Origin: Pseudomonadota bacterium
GTDB taxonomy: Bacteria > Pseudomonadota > Alphaproteobacteria > Rickettsiales > SXRF01
Direction: 5' to 3'
Length of the DNA stretch: 64,000 bases
Assembly: GCA_038043465.1 (NCBI GenBank)
Contig: JBBTBX010000006.1
Span: 79,463 to 143,462, forward strand
The translations under genes were made by a program, and so were the position numbers. Position 1 is the first letter of the stretch, and each line of letters opens with the position of its first letter. Positions 8,255 to 18,416 of this stretch are shown here, one piece after another. The notes beneath the pieces were generated by a model. The model had not been told where the DNA came from. It saw only the letters and a program-made list of their open reading frames with translations, and did no database searches.

Positions 8255-11200
8255 TTATGATGGTAGTTCGAACAGTACTCCCACTACTTCTAACAGATTG
8301 CTAAGCCTTGGTAGACCATGAGTGCCATCAATACTCAAAATCTCGGCTGCAGTTGTGCCATCTGAATTTAAGCTCTCTAAAAGCAGCAGTTTATTCTTTA
8401 ACTGTAGACGTTTGAAGTAGCGAGCTCCGTTCTCGTCGATGGCAATAACCAGTCGACCATCCATTTTCTTCATATGCTCATTATCAAATGGCAAATCACG
8501 AGTAATCAGATATTGCCCATCCAGAGCAATAGGTTCAGCACTTCTGCCCTCTACTTTAAAGAGTCGAACATCCTTCAGTGCTTTTTCGAGAACAGAAAAG
8601 TTTTCCAGTGCAACCAGTTCAGCTGCTTCATTTTTTGGAGGAGTTGGTAGCAAATATGATGCAAAAATTGTTCCCACCACCTTCTTGCAATTGCGCTCAA
8701 TACTTTCTAGCGGAACAATAACTGGTTCAGGAACATTATATGGGTCAACGGATTGGCCACTCAGGATAGCAATTTGAGAATGGTCATCTGGTTGACTGTA
8801 ACGTCTCGCGAGCAAAGCATTTCCATGCGTAGCAACGACTAGATTGCGAGGATTAACTTTTGCATGATTACAGACAATTACAACATCTCCAATATTAGCT
8901 ATCGGATCAAAAGTTCCAGCAGCAAGCTGATAAACTTCGTGATTGGGCAGATTAATTTGTTGGAATGACTTCCATTCGGTTACCATGATTTCTCCGTCAC
9001 CAACACGACCATCTGTTTTCGCTGCAGCCGCGATTCCTGTTTGTTGCAGTTGTAATTTTTTCACCTCATCCTTAAAACCAGAAGGGAATTCAATTACATT
9101 ATCTGCCCAAGAGAATGTGCGTGGCTCACCATGAAACGATTCATACTTGTCATAAATATGGAAGGCTTCATGTATTTGTCTTTGCAATGTTTTTCCCCAA
9201 AAATCCTTAACATCAGAGGCCTCCGCCAAACCTATTGATTCATCATCTTTATGATGGGATTCATTAATTAGCTTTATGGGTTTACCTCCACCACCATTCA
9301 ATGTGTTGAAGAGACTAACGAATGCTTTTCTATTGAAAGGAGCAACATGCGCGTCTTGTAACCGCTTAAGTTCATTCTTGAGGGAGTCTAAACTCATATC
9401 GGGTATGGTAGGCCCTTCACCACGCAACATAAACTTGATTAGATCCTCGCAATAAATCCTCACATCGGAGATGTAATCACGCGCACGAGCATCATTGTTG
9501 TTGCTCTGAGCTTCATCTAAAACCCTCTGCAAACAGCCACCATTAACAATGGTGGCAACACCGGAGACTTTATTAACCCCGCCTATCAACCCTTGTTCCC
9601 CCTTCAGTTTTTCATGTTCTACGATGCATTGATAAAATTGTCGTTCATGGGTGGTGACTATCAATTGCATGTGTTGCGATTGATTTGGATTCAGATTTGC
9701 TAATCTGACAATTTCCTGCGCCCACTTTCTTTTATTGCGTGGGTCAAAAGTCGTTTGCGGGTCATCAAATACTACTAACGGGAATGGATTATATCCCAGA
9801 GTATCAAGCGTTTCTTCACGTAATGCCAAAATGAAAGACCATAAAATAGCTCTGAGCCAGGAGGTATTTGCTACCAACGCCGAGTTAATCGTTATGCCTT
9901 CTTCAAAGCTGCCCAAAACATTTACTAATTTTTTCTCTAGAGACGTATCCTCGTATTTTAATTTTTCACGCAGGTGTATTCTATCGAGTATGTCTTTAAT
10001 GCGTGTGGAAAGGCGAGCTATAGAGCTTGCAGTTTCAGCTCCAACCAAATTACGAAGTTCTTTGAGGGGCTCTAATGCTTTGGCGATTTTCTCTCGTAAT
10101 TCCTGCTCTTTTTGTATGACAGCCCATTTTGCAGTCGCATCCGCTGCTGCAGTAAGGTGCTTGGATAATGCGTCTAAAGGCTCGGCTTTTGCCAGCGCTT
10201 GCTCGAGGATAGTCAGCTGTCCTTCAATGCTTTCTGCGTCAAAAGTTCCATCGTCCTGTTTTTTACCTAGTACAGTGCTCCAGGCATTTACAAAAATCTC
10301 TCGATTCCCCCCCCACCATGTTACCAAGGCATCAAGTCTTTCTAGGGCATGCATTATACGGCGAAGATTTTGTGCCGATTCAGGTTCTTGCGTGTTGTTT
10401 TGGAACTGAGCATATGTGAACTGAGGCAACAATGCCTTCTGTGCTGCAACAATTCTTTTAGCACAGCCTGCTACGCCTGTTAGAACGTCATTAAATGGTG
10501 AATCTTCGCTGAATCTCTGCAGCACCGCTTCAGAAAAACTTTCCTTAGGATCCATAGTAACAAGCGTGTCTCGATGCTGTTTTATGGCTGATGGCAAAAG
10601 AGTGGTTAATTCCGCCTCAATTGACCGGCATACATCATCTATCTTTCTTTCCGCCGACATAGCCTGATTCTTTAACTCCGCTAATTCAGCGGCTAGCTTT
10701 TTTTGTTCTTCAGTTGAGAGGGCGGATAAACACAAGGGGCAATCGGTATTTTCATTATGCTCGTGCGGCATGATGTATGACTGAGCAGCCAAAGCCTTAA
10801 GACGGAACTTAGTATCCGCTTGCTGTTTGTTATGCCAAGATATGGCTGTTGCAAGAGTCGATCTTGCACTATTTATCGAGGCAGAGAGTTTTTTAAATTC
10901 TTCATTATCAGCAGCATCTTTTAAAGCAGCCCATGCCTCAAATACTATAATTCCTCTGGTTTTTTGATTTGCGTAGGCTCTAGCTGTTTCTACAGCTTTT
11001 TTTACTCTTTCTCTTCCGCCTGGAGTAGCCGTATCTATTTCTTGAGAAATCTCTGATTTTAATACCCCCAATTGATTCCCAGCCTGTGTGGAGAAATCCA
11101 ACGCAGCAGTCTGAAGGTTGACCACTGCATCCTTATGATTAAGTTCTATGTCTTTAGGTAAATCTACACTTAGCGTGGTGGCTAATTGGGTTGCAGCTTG

Positions 11201-12130
11201 TATTTTGTCATCATACTTATTTTTGTGAGTATCAATACCTTGATCTTTTCCATATTTCAAAAAGCGTCTGCCTGCATGTGTTAATACACCACACCCATCT
11301 GCAATATCAGCCAATTGATCAAGCCCAGTAAGCAGTTTTACGGCCTCATATAGAGATTGGCTTTTCTCGCCGAATCCAATTTTCGTTAATCGAGCAGGCA
11401 TTAAGAGGCCTGTTTCAATTAATTGAGGGGCCGAACTTAGTCTTTCATCAATCTCGACAGTTATGACTGGCGTTCCAGTGGCCTGGCAGGAAACTTGCCG
11501 ATATGCGGTGGCAATATCATTATTGCTATTCTTAAAGGTCAGACGCACCGAAACTTCTGCGGTTTTTTTCAGATCAGATACTTGAATTGGATAGGATACC
11601 ATTGGTGGCCATTTACCAATTTCTTTGCCATTTCCATCGTAGATAGGGGCATGTGTGCAATTATCTTCAATGGGGCCATCTTGATCTCGAATTCGCTTAC
11701 CCGTCAGCGTCCATAAAATCGCGCTTGCAAGCGAAGTTTTTCCTGAGCCGTTTTGTCCTTCCAGGCACCAATTGTTGCCACTTATCCATAAGTCGAAAGG
11801 CTTGCCGCCAAACTGAGTGAGCCCACCAAAACCTGACGCTTCGATTCTTTCCAGACGCCAAGACTCATTTTGACTGCCCGATTTTTCTGCGGACTCTTCA
11901 GCTGCAGGGTCATGCTTATCGTTATTCCACGCGTTAATAATTCCGGGAAACAGAGTTTCATCGCCTTGTGCAACCTTCTTAGAATCTTGTCCGAGCAGAT
12001 ACTCCATCAAGCGTCGCTGCGCGGGTAGATTTAGTGTTACATTGCCAGCTTTATGCTCAGCATATTTTGCCCACTTCAATTCCTTGCCGCTTAAAAGAGC
12101 AGTTATTGCTTCGCTTAATGAGATTGTCAT
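8255..12130 (-). CDS. Rad50/SbcC-like (AAA_13-type) ATPase with a CxxC hook, fused to two C-terminal LexA/S24-peptidase-like domains
   Basis: 1291 aa; ATG at 12130 with AAGGA upstream. Walker A GQNGSGKTSLASAILWTLTGKR; long helical middle region containing CPLC; Walker B-like PLVVFDDPQ followed by LIVTTHERQF. The C-terminus holds two repeats resembling S24: AAGTFDPIANIGDVVIV...LVVATHGNALLARRY and VEGRSAEPIALDGQYLI...DGRLVIAIDENGARYFKRL. Confidence 0.6.
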   Translation of the reverse strand: MTISLSEAITALLSGKELKWAKYAEHKAGNVTLNLPAQRRLMEYLLGQDSKKVAQGDETLFPGIINAWNNDKHDPAAEESAEKSGSQNESWRLERIEASGFGGLTQFGGKPFDLWISGNNWCLEGQNGSGKTSLASAILWTLTGKRIRDQDGPIEDNCTHAPIYDGNGKEIGKWPPMVSYPIQVSDLKKTAEVSVRLTFKNSNNDIATAYRQVSCQATGTPVITVEIDERLSSAPQLIETGLLMPARLTKIGFGEKSQSLYEAVKLLTGLDQLADIADGCGVLTHAGRRFLKYGKDQGIDTHKNKYDDKIQAATQLATTLSVDLPKDIELNHKDAVVNLQTAALDFSTQAGNQLGVLKSEISQEIDTATPGGRERVKKAVETARAYANQKTRGIIVFEAWAALKDAADNEEFKKLSASINSARSTLATAISWHNKQQADTKFRLKALAAQSYIMPHEHNENTDCPLCLSALSTEEQKKLAAELAELKNQAMSAERKIDDVCRSIEAELTTLLPSAIKQHRDTLVTMDPKESFSEAVLQRFSEDSPFNDVLTGVAGCAKRIVAAQKALLPQFTYAQFQNNTQEPESAQNLRRIMHALERLDALVTWWGGNREIFVNAWSTVLGKKQDDGTFDAESIEGQLTILEQALAKAEPLDALSKHLTAAADATAKWAVIQKEQELREKIAKALEPLKELRNLVGAETASSIARLSTRIKDILDRIHLREKLKYEDTSLEKKLVNVLGSFEEGITINSALVANTSWLRAILWSFILALREETLDTLGYNPFPLVVFDDPQTTFDPRNKRKWAQEIVRLANLNPNQSQHMQLIVTTHERQFYQCIVEHEKLKGEQGLIGGVNKVSGVATIVNGGCLQRVLDEAQSNNNDARARDYISDVRIYCEDLIKFMLRGEGPTIPDMSLDSLKNELKRLQDAHVAPFNRKAFVSLFNTLNGGGGKPIKLINESHHKDDESIGLAEASDVKDFWGKTLQRQIHEAFHIYDKYESFHGEPRTFSWADNVIEFPSGFKDEVKKLQLQQTGIAAAAKTDGRVGDGEIMVTEWKSFQQINLPNHEVYQLAAGTFDPIANIGDVVIVCNHAKVNPRNLVVATHGNALLARRYSQPDDHSQIAILSGQSVDPYNVPEPVIVPLESIERNCKKVVGTIFASYLLPTPPKNEAAELVALENFSVLEKALKDVRLFKVEGRSAEPIALDGQYLITRDLPFDNEHMKKMDGRLVIAIDENGARYFKRLQLKNKLLLLESLNSDGTTAAEILSIDGTHGLPRLSNLLEVVGVLFELPS

Positions 12131-12262
12131 GGTGTTATCCTTAAATTAATAGGCTTTATCAAAGTTATGCAGCCTCTATGTAAAAACCTAATCAAATTAG
12201 TTGAAGCGTACTTTCTTTTCCACTATTTTCAATACTATTACCTATTTTAGGACATATATTCC

Positions 12263-12451
12263 ATGGACCACGATGAAATCATAACGGTTAAAGAGCTTGC
12301 GGAGTACCTGAAGATTGCAGAAAAAACTGCATACAGATTCCTTGCTGAAGGAACGATTCCAGGGTTTAAAGTGGGCGGTTCATGGCGGTTTCGTAAAAAG
12401 GAAATCGATGAGTGGATTGCTCGTCAGACCGAAAAAAGATTAAGTATATGA
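12263..12451 (+). CDS. Excisionase/MerR-type helix-turn-helix DNA-binding protein
   Basis: 62 aa. VKELAEYLKIAEKTAYRFLAEGTIPGFKVGGSWRFRKKEIDEWI is the typical excisionase-family HTH. Its stop overlaps the next start (ATGA). Confidence 0.75.
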   Translation: MDHDEIITVKELAEYLKIAEKTAYRFLAEGTIPGFKVGGSWRFRKKEIDEWIARQTEKRLSI

Positions 12452-15400
12452 GTGGAACATTTTACGAAAAGCCTATTCTGAACTCTCCCTACTCTGAGCC
12501 TATGATGCATCATGCGCTTGATGCAGAAGGACAGCCCACCGATAATCCACCGATTAAGGGGCGACGTAGATCTGAGCTAATAACTCCTGTTCCCAAGCCA
12601 CGAAAGCGTAAAAGAGAGTCTGAAGCTACTCAGACTAAAATGGAGCTCCATTCAGATGATGGTATATCGTCGGCTGAGCAGGAATATAATCCGACTCCAA
12701 TTATTAATGAAATTCGCTCGCATGTTGCTCAGTGGAGAAAACTTGCCAATCAAACTGGGTGGGGTGTAACTCCGGCTACAGCTAGGTTACTGCAGCATTG
12801 GAGACACCATGAGTTCCAGGGGATACGACCGTTTTTCTGTCAGATCGAAGCTGTTGAAACCATTATTTGGCTTACAGAAGTTGCGCGTAATCAGAAACAA
12901 TACCGGAGATTTTGGGAGCACATTAATGGCGCTAATGAGCAGGCCAATCCTGAACTAATAAGATTGGCCATGAAAATGGCTACAGGCGCAGGAAAAACCA
13001 CTGTTATGGCCATGCTCATGGCATGGCAAACGGTCAATGCTGTACGCTCTCCCTCAAGCAAGCTCTATACGAGGGGATTTCTTATTGTTTCTCCAGGAAT
13101 TACGATTCGTGACCGCTTGCGTGTGCTCTTGCCCAATGATCCTAACAGTTATTACAAATCCCGTGAATTGGTTCCGGCAGATATGCTGGACGATATCAAC
13201 AAAGCAAAAATCGTCATCACAAATTACCATGCCTTCCAGCTGCGTGAGACGATGGATACTAATAAGGTTGGCAAATCACTTCTTCAAGGTCGTGGTGAAG
13301 AACTCAAAACCCTTGAGACGGAAGGCCAGATGGTTCGACGCGTAGCAGAAGAGTTGATGGGAATTAAGAATATCGTTGTAATCAACGATGAAGCGCACCA
13401 CTGCTATCGTGAGAAACCGAATAACGATGAGTTGGAAGAACTTAAAGGGGAAGAAAAGCAAGAGGCAGAAAAAGAGAACAAAGCAGCCAGGTTGTGGATT
13501 AATGGTCTGGAAGCATTCAATAGAAAGCTATGTGTACGTGCGGTCTATGATCTTTCAGCCACCCCATTCTTTTTGAGGGGCTCTGGCTGGGCTGAAGGCA
13601 CGCTATTTCCATGGACTGTAAGTGATTTTTCACTAATTGATGCTATTGAGTGCGGCATTGTGAAGCTGCCACGTGTTCCAGTAGCAGACAATATTCCCGG
13701 TGAAGAAATGCCTATCTTCCGTAATCTGTGGGATCATATCGGCAAAGACATGCCTAAAAAAGGTAAAACCACTGGTGATCCGAAAGAAATTCCTGACAAA
13801 CTTAAAACCGCATTACACGCACTTTATAAGCATTATTCGGAAACTTTTGAGAAGTGGGAGCGTGAGGGAATAGAATCCCCACCAGTCTTTATCGTGGTGT
13901 GCAATAACACATCCACGTCTAGGTTGGTTTATGAATATGTTTCAGGTTGGACGCGCCCCAATGACGATGGCGAAGAAATCCTCGAACATAAGGGACATCT
14001 CGAGCTTTTCCGTAACTTTGATGAGCATGGCAACCCGTACTCGCGTCCCAACACTTTGCTCATTGATAGTTATCAGATTGAATCAGGTGTGTTGGACAAA
14101 AATTTCCGCGAAATGGCAGCAAAAGAGATTGATCTCTTTAAACGGGAAATGAAACAGCGTACAGGCGCAGGCGACATTGGAGAGATCTCTGATGCTGAAT
14201 TATTGCGTGAAGTAATGAACACTGTAGGAAAGAAAGGCAAACTTGGAGAACAGGTACGCTGCGTTGTATCAGTATCAATGCTGACGGAGGGTTGGGATAC
14301 CAATACAGTAACGCATATTCTTGGTGTCCGTGCTTTTGGCACGCAACTACTATGTGAGCAAGTAGTTGGGCGAGGCCTCCGCCGTTATTCATATGACCTT
14401 AACGATGAAGGCCTATTCAATGTCGAATATGCAGACATTATGGGTATTCCATTTGACTTCACGGCGAAACCACAGATAGCTCCTGTAAAGCCACCTAAAA
14501 AGACAACGCGGGTACATGCAGTGAAGGAACGCTCATCTTTAGAAATCATTTTCCCCAGAGTCACAGGCTATCGGGTCGATTTACCTGAAGAACGGTTTTT
14601 AGCAAAATTTACAGCAGATTCCACTCTGGTTTTAACGCCGGAATCTGTTGGTCCAGGGCAGACACTCATGGAAGGTATTGTAGGTGAAGGCGTAACCATA
14701 TCAGCAGCTGAAGCACAGGCGAAAAGGCCAAGCACTATCGCCTTCGATCTGGCGAAATTACTCATGTATAAGCATTTCAAAGACAAGGATGGCGAGCCGA
14801 AGCTCCATCTTTTTGGGCAGCTAAAGCGTATTGCTAGGCAGTGGATTGATGAAGGCTATCTGGTTTGCAAGGGTGATACCGGTGCATGGATGCTGGAATA
14901 TCTCAGCATTGGTGGTCAGGCAGCAGATCATATATACAATGCTATCGTCGATGGCACCGCTGATGAGAAGATAGTTAAGGCAGTACTAGACCCGTACAAC
15001 CCAAAATCATCCACCATGCATGTAGGATTCTCCACAACTAAAGAACTATATCAAACCGACCCGCAAAAATCTCATGTGAATTATGTAGTGATCGATAGCG
15101 ACTGGGAGGCAGAATTTGCACGCGTGGCAGAACAGCACCCCAAGGTCATATCTTATGTAAAGAACCAAGGTCTAGGGCTGGAAGTGCCATACAAAGACGG
15201 TGTTATGTCGCGCATATATATCCCTGATTTTATTGTTCAGATTGATGACGGGCATGGAAAGGATAATCCGCTAAACTTGGTCGTAGAGGTTAAAGGCTAT
15301 CGCCATGAGAATGTTAAGCTGAAATCTGAAACTATGCGAACGCAGTGGGTTCCGGGTGTAAATAATCTTGGAACATATGGTCGTTGGTCATTTGAAGAAT

Positions 15401-15486
15401 TCAGCGACGTATTTGAGATGGACAAAGAATTCAAAGCACTCATCGCAAGAGTTATAGAAAATCACAAAAAGACAGAGGCAGCGTAA
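12448..15486 (+). CDS. Type III restriction enzyme Res subunit (SF2 helicase plus C-terminal PD-(D/E)xK nuclease)
   Basis: Start placed at the ATG at 12448 (MSGTFYEKPILNSPY), which forms an ATGA overlap with the HTH gene. Walker A MATGAGKTTVMA; DEAH box INDEAHHC; helicase motif VI-like VVGRGLRR; C-terminal nuclease-like IPDFIV...LVVEVKGY. Confidence 0.85.
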   Translation: MSGTFYEKPILNSPYSEPMMHHALDAEGQPTDNPPIKGRRRSELITPVPKPRKRKRESEATQTKMELHSDDGISSAEQEYNPTPIINEIRSHVAQWRKLANQTGWGVTPATARLLQHWRHHEFQGIRPFFCQIEAVETIIWLTEVARNQKQYRRFWEHINGANEQANPELIRLAMKMATGAGKTTVMAMLMAWQTVNAVRSPSSKLYTRGFLIVSPGITIRDRLRVLLPNDPNSYYKSRELVPADMLDDINKAKIVITNYHAFQLRETMDTNKVGKSLLQGRGEELKTLETEGQMVRRVAEELMGIKNIVVINDEAHHCYREKPNNDELEELKGEEKQEAEKENKAARLWINGLEAFNRKLCVRAVYDLSATPFFLRGSGWAEGTLFPWTVSDFSLIDAIECGIVKLPRVPVADNIPGEEMPIFRNLWDHIGKDMPKKGKTTGDPKEIPDKLKTALHALYKHYSETFEKWEREGIESPPVFIVVCNNTSTSRLVYEYVSGWTRPNDDGEEILEHKGHLELFRNFDEHGNPYSRPNTLLIDSYQIESGVLDKNFREMAAKEIDLFKREMKQRTGAGDIGEISDAELLREVMNTVGKKGKLGEQVRCVVSVSMLTEGWDTNTVTHILGVRAFGTQLLCEQVVGRGLRRYSYDLNDEGLFNVEYADIMGIPFDFTAKPQIAPVKPPKKTTRVHAVKERSSLEIIFPRVTGYRVDLPEERFLAKFTADSTLVLTPESVGPGQTLMEGIVGEGVTISAAEAQAKRPSTIAFDLAKLLMYKHFKDKDGEPKLHLFGQLKRIARQWIDEGYLVCKGDTGAWMLEYLSIGGQAADHIYNAIVDGTADEKIVKAVLDPYNPKSSTMHVGFSTTKELYQTDPQKSHVNYVVIDSDWEAEFARVAEQHPKVISYVKNQGLGLEVPYKDGVMSRIYIPDFIVQIDDGHGKDNPLNLVVEVKGYRHENVKLKSETMRTQWVPGVNNLGTYGRWSFEEFSDVFEMDKEFKALIARVIENHKKTEAA

Positions 15487-18407
15487 TGGCGAAACAAACC
15501 AAAAAATTGAAGCAGGTCGAAACGCTGACGCATGATGAAGCTAAGCGCCGCAACATCCCCACCGCTGAATTACAATCTGCCGCGCAACGCGCTGAAGAAA
15601 TGTACCCATTTGCGCCAGTGACCTACCAGCGCAAAGAGCCGCTGCCTGAAGGTGCAACTCGCCCACGCGATGGAGACCTCGATCCGCAAATTATTTGGAA
15701 AGGCGCAACCCTTCGCCTGAATGCAGAACAGATTGAACAACTCACAAAAACAGGAAAGCTGGAAATTGGTGACGCGCAGCTAGTATGGCGCGGAAAAGAT
15801 CAGCAGGACTGGTCAGACCTCGTTGTGCAAGCACCACCGCTTTACATTCAGGAAAAAATTCACCCCAAGGCGATTATAGATGATCTGAAACGCCAGACTA
15901 AAGAACGCAAGGATGAACAATCAGACATTGTTGACCTTTTTGGCGATTTCAACGGCATTGACCTCGAAGCAAAAACAGAATTCTACCAGCATGATCAACA
16001 TTGGTCGAACCGGATGATTCTGGGTGATAGCCTGCAAGTGATGGCGAGCCTCGCCGAACGCGAAGGCCTGCGTGGACAGGTGCAGTGTATATTCTTTGAT
16101 CCACCCTATGGCATTAAATTCAATTCAAACTGGCAAGTTTCAACGCGTTCTCGTGACGTAAAAGACGGGCAGCGAGACTATCTTGCTCGCGAGCCAGAAG
16201 TTGTTAAAGCATTCCGCGACACATGGAAAGATGGCATTCATTCCTATCTTACCTATCTACGCGACCGCATGACCGCAATGCGTGATTTATTGAGTGAAAG
16301 TGGCTCAATATTTGTACAAATTGGAGATGAGAATGTTCATCGTGTTAGATCGGTAATGGATGAAGTTTTTGGAGAGAAAAATTTTGTGAATGAGATAGCA
16401 TTTGCAAAAACAACTTCTTCTACCAGTGGCGATCTTTCTGGGGTCTATGACATCGTAATTTGGTATTCAAGAAATAAGGCAAATCTTAAATATAGACAGC
16501 TATATAAGAGCAAAGTAGCAGGGGGTGATGGAGGCACTGGTTATACCAGAGTCAAGTTAGAAAAGGGTGAGGTCTTACCAGTAAGCCAGTTCAAAAATTC
16601 TTCAGACGAAATCAGCCTTCCCAAAGGTGCTACATTGATATTTCCTGATTCAATACGCTCACAAAGCCCGGGGTCGCGATATGATGTCCATTACTGTGGT
16701 GATTTATACCGCCCTGAACCAAACTATTGGAAAACAGATGAAAAGAATATGCAACGCCTTCTTAAGGCAGATCGCCTACATGCGACAAAAAACAATCTAT
16801 CTTATCTAAGGCGCTATGATGATTTTCCAGTTTATCCAATGTCAAATTTTTGGGCAGATACACTGGGGCAGAACCAATTTGGAGGAGATAAGATTTATGT
16901 AGTCCAGACAGGTTTAACGGTTGTTCAGCGCTGTATTTTAATGACAACAGACCCAGGAGATCTTGTTCTTGATCCAACCTGTGGTTCAGGAACAGCAGCA
17001 GTTGTCTCAGAGCAGTGGGGGCGACGCTGGATTACAATCGATACCTCTCGCGTAGCTCTGGCACTAGCGAGGGCTAGGTTAATGGGAGCACGCTATCCGT
17101 ATTACTATTTGATTGATAGCCAAGATGGGCAGAAGAAAGAACAAAAGATAAGCGGAAAAATTCAACCTGATACCCCAACCCATGGAGATATTCGTCAGGG
17201 GTTTGTTTATGAGCGTGCGCCGCATATCATGCTCAAAACCATTGCCAATAACGCTGAGATTGATGTTATCTGGGATAATTATCAGCAAAAGTTGGAACCA
17301 TTGCGTGAAGCGCTTAACAAAACTCTGGGCAAAAAGTGGCAAGAATGGGAAATGCCGCGTGAAGTAGCCGACGACTGGACGAAGGACGCAAAAGACGCTC
17401 ACGTTAAATGGTGGGATTTGCGTATAAAGCGTCAACAGGAAATTGATAAATCCGTCGCACAAAAAGCGGATGTAGAATTGCTCTATGATCGCCCATATGA
17501 AGATAATTCTAAAGTACGCGTCGCCGGTCCATTTACGGTGGAAAGCCTCTCGCCTCACCGTGTGGTGCCTGCGGATGAAGAAGAGCTGATTGAATTAGTT
17601 GATGCTGCTGACGGCAAGCGCAAGCGTAAAGAAATACCTTTGCATGACTTTACCAAGATGGTGATAGAGAATCTCAAATCAGCAGGCGTACATCAGGCAG
17701 CAAAAGATGATCGAATCACCTTCACTGCTATTGAAGGCTGGCCAGGTCATTGGATTGCTGCAGCAGGCCGTTTCATGGAGGGCGAAAAAGAGCGTCGCGC
17801 CGCAATCTTTATTGGTCCAGAGTTTGGCTCAGTCACACGTGCAGACCTGACCGCCGCTGCGCGTGAAGCGAATGATGCACGGTTTGATGTGCTGATCGCC
17901 TGTGGATTTAACTTCGATGCACATACTGGCGATATCACCAAGATGGGACCATTACCTATCCTTAAGGCAAAAATGAACCCAGACCTGCATATGTCGGAAG
18001 AACTCAAAAATACCGGCGCAGGAAACTTGTTCGTCGTATTCGGTGAACCAGATATTGCGTGGGATTTTGATGATGATGGTAATGTCGTGGTAGAAGTGCT
18101 GGGCATCGACGTATTTGATCCCAAAACTGGGGAAGTGCGTGCCAGCGGGAAAGACGATATTGCCGCGTGGTTCATTGATACGAATTATAACGAAGAAAGT
18201 TTCTTTGTCCGTCACGCTTATTTTATGGGAGCAAATGATCCGTATAAAGCGCTTAAAACCAGCTTGAAGGCAGAGATTGATAAAGAGGCTTGGGAAACGC
18301 TCTATCGTGATACATCTCGCCCATTCGCGCGGCCCAGCAATGGAAGGTTTGCCGTGAAGGTCATCAACCACTTCGGCGATGAAGTGATGAAAGTGTTTGG
18401 AGTATAG
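15486..18407 (+). CDS. Site-specific DNA methyltransferase (type III Mod-like, N6/N4 class) with a long C-terminal extension
   Basis: 973 aa; its ATG overlaps the res stop (TAATG). Motif IV is FFDPPYGIKF and motif I is VLDPTCGSGTAAV. About 400 aa after the core have no motif I recognise. Confidence 0.85.
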   Translation: MAKQTKKLKQVETLTHDEAKRRNIPTAELQSAAQRAEEMYPFAPVTYQRKEPLPEGATRPRDGDLDPQIIWKGATLRLNAEQIEQLTKTGKLEIGDAQLVWRGKDQQDWSDLVVQAPPLYIQEKIHPKAIIDDLKRQTKERKDEQSDIVDLFGDFNGIDLEAKTEFYQHDQHWSNRMILGDSLQVMASLAEREGLRGQVQCIFFDPPYGIKFNSNWQVSTRSRDVKDGQRDYLAREPEVVKAFRDTWKDGIHSYLTYLRDRMTAMRDLLSESGSIFVQIGDENVHRVRSVMDEVFGEKNFVNEIAFAKTTSSTSGDLSGVYDIVIWYSRNKANLKYRQLYKSKVAGGDGGTGYTRVKLEKGEVLPVSQFKNSSDEISLPKGATLIFPDSIRSQSPGSRYDVHYCGDLYRPEPNYWKTDEKNMQRLLKADRLHATKNNLSYLRRYDDFPVYPMSNFWADTLGQNQFGGDKIYVVQTGLTVVQRCILMTTDPGDLVLDPTCGSGTAAVVSEQWGRRWITIDTSRVALALARARLMGARYPYYYLIDSQDGQKKEQKISGKIQPDTPTHGDIRQGFVYERAPHIMLKTIANNAEIDVIWDNYQQKLEPLREALNKTLGKKWQEWEMPREVADDWTKDAKDAHVKWWDLRIKRQQEIDKSVAQKADVELLYDRPYEDNSKVRVAGPFTVESLSPHRVVPADEEELIELVDAADGKRKRKEIPLHDFTKMVIENLKSAGVHQAAKDDRITFTAIEGWPGHWIAAAGRFMEGEKERRAAIFIGPEFGSVTRADLTAAAREANDARFDVLIACGFNFDAHTGDITKMGPLPILKAKMNPDLHMSEELKNTGAGNLFVVFGEPDIAWDFDDDGNVVVEVLGIDVFDPKTGEVRASGKDDIAAWFIDTNYNEESFFVRHAYFMGANDPYKALKTSLKAEIDKEAWETLYRDTSRPFARPSNGRFAVKVINHFGDEVMKVFGV

Positions 18408-18416
18408 GGGAATAAA

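Noticed and set aside
9735-10409. 224-aa plus-strand ORF inside the 1291-aa ATPase gene
   Set aside because: It is antisense to a strongly supported long gene. Its composition is Ser/Ala-rich with no motifs. This is typical of an antisense open frame.
12412-12447. Upstream extension of the res ORF (MDCSSDRKKIKY...)
   Set aside because: It would overlap the HTH gene by 40 nt. The ATG at 12448 gives the common ATGA stop-start overlap and a conserved-looking N-terminus (MSGTFYEKPILNSPY).
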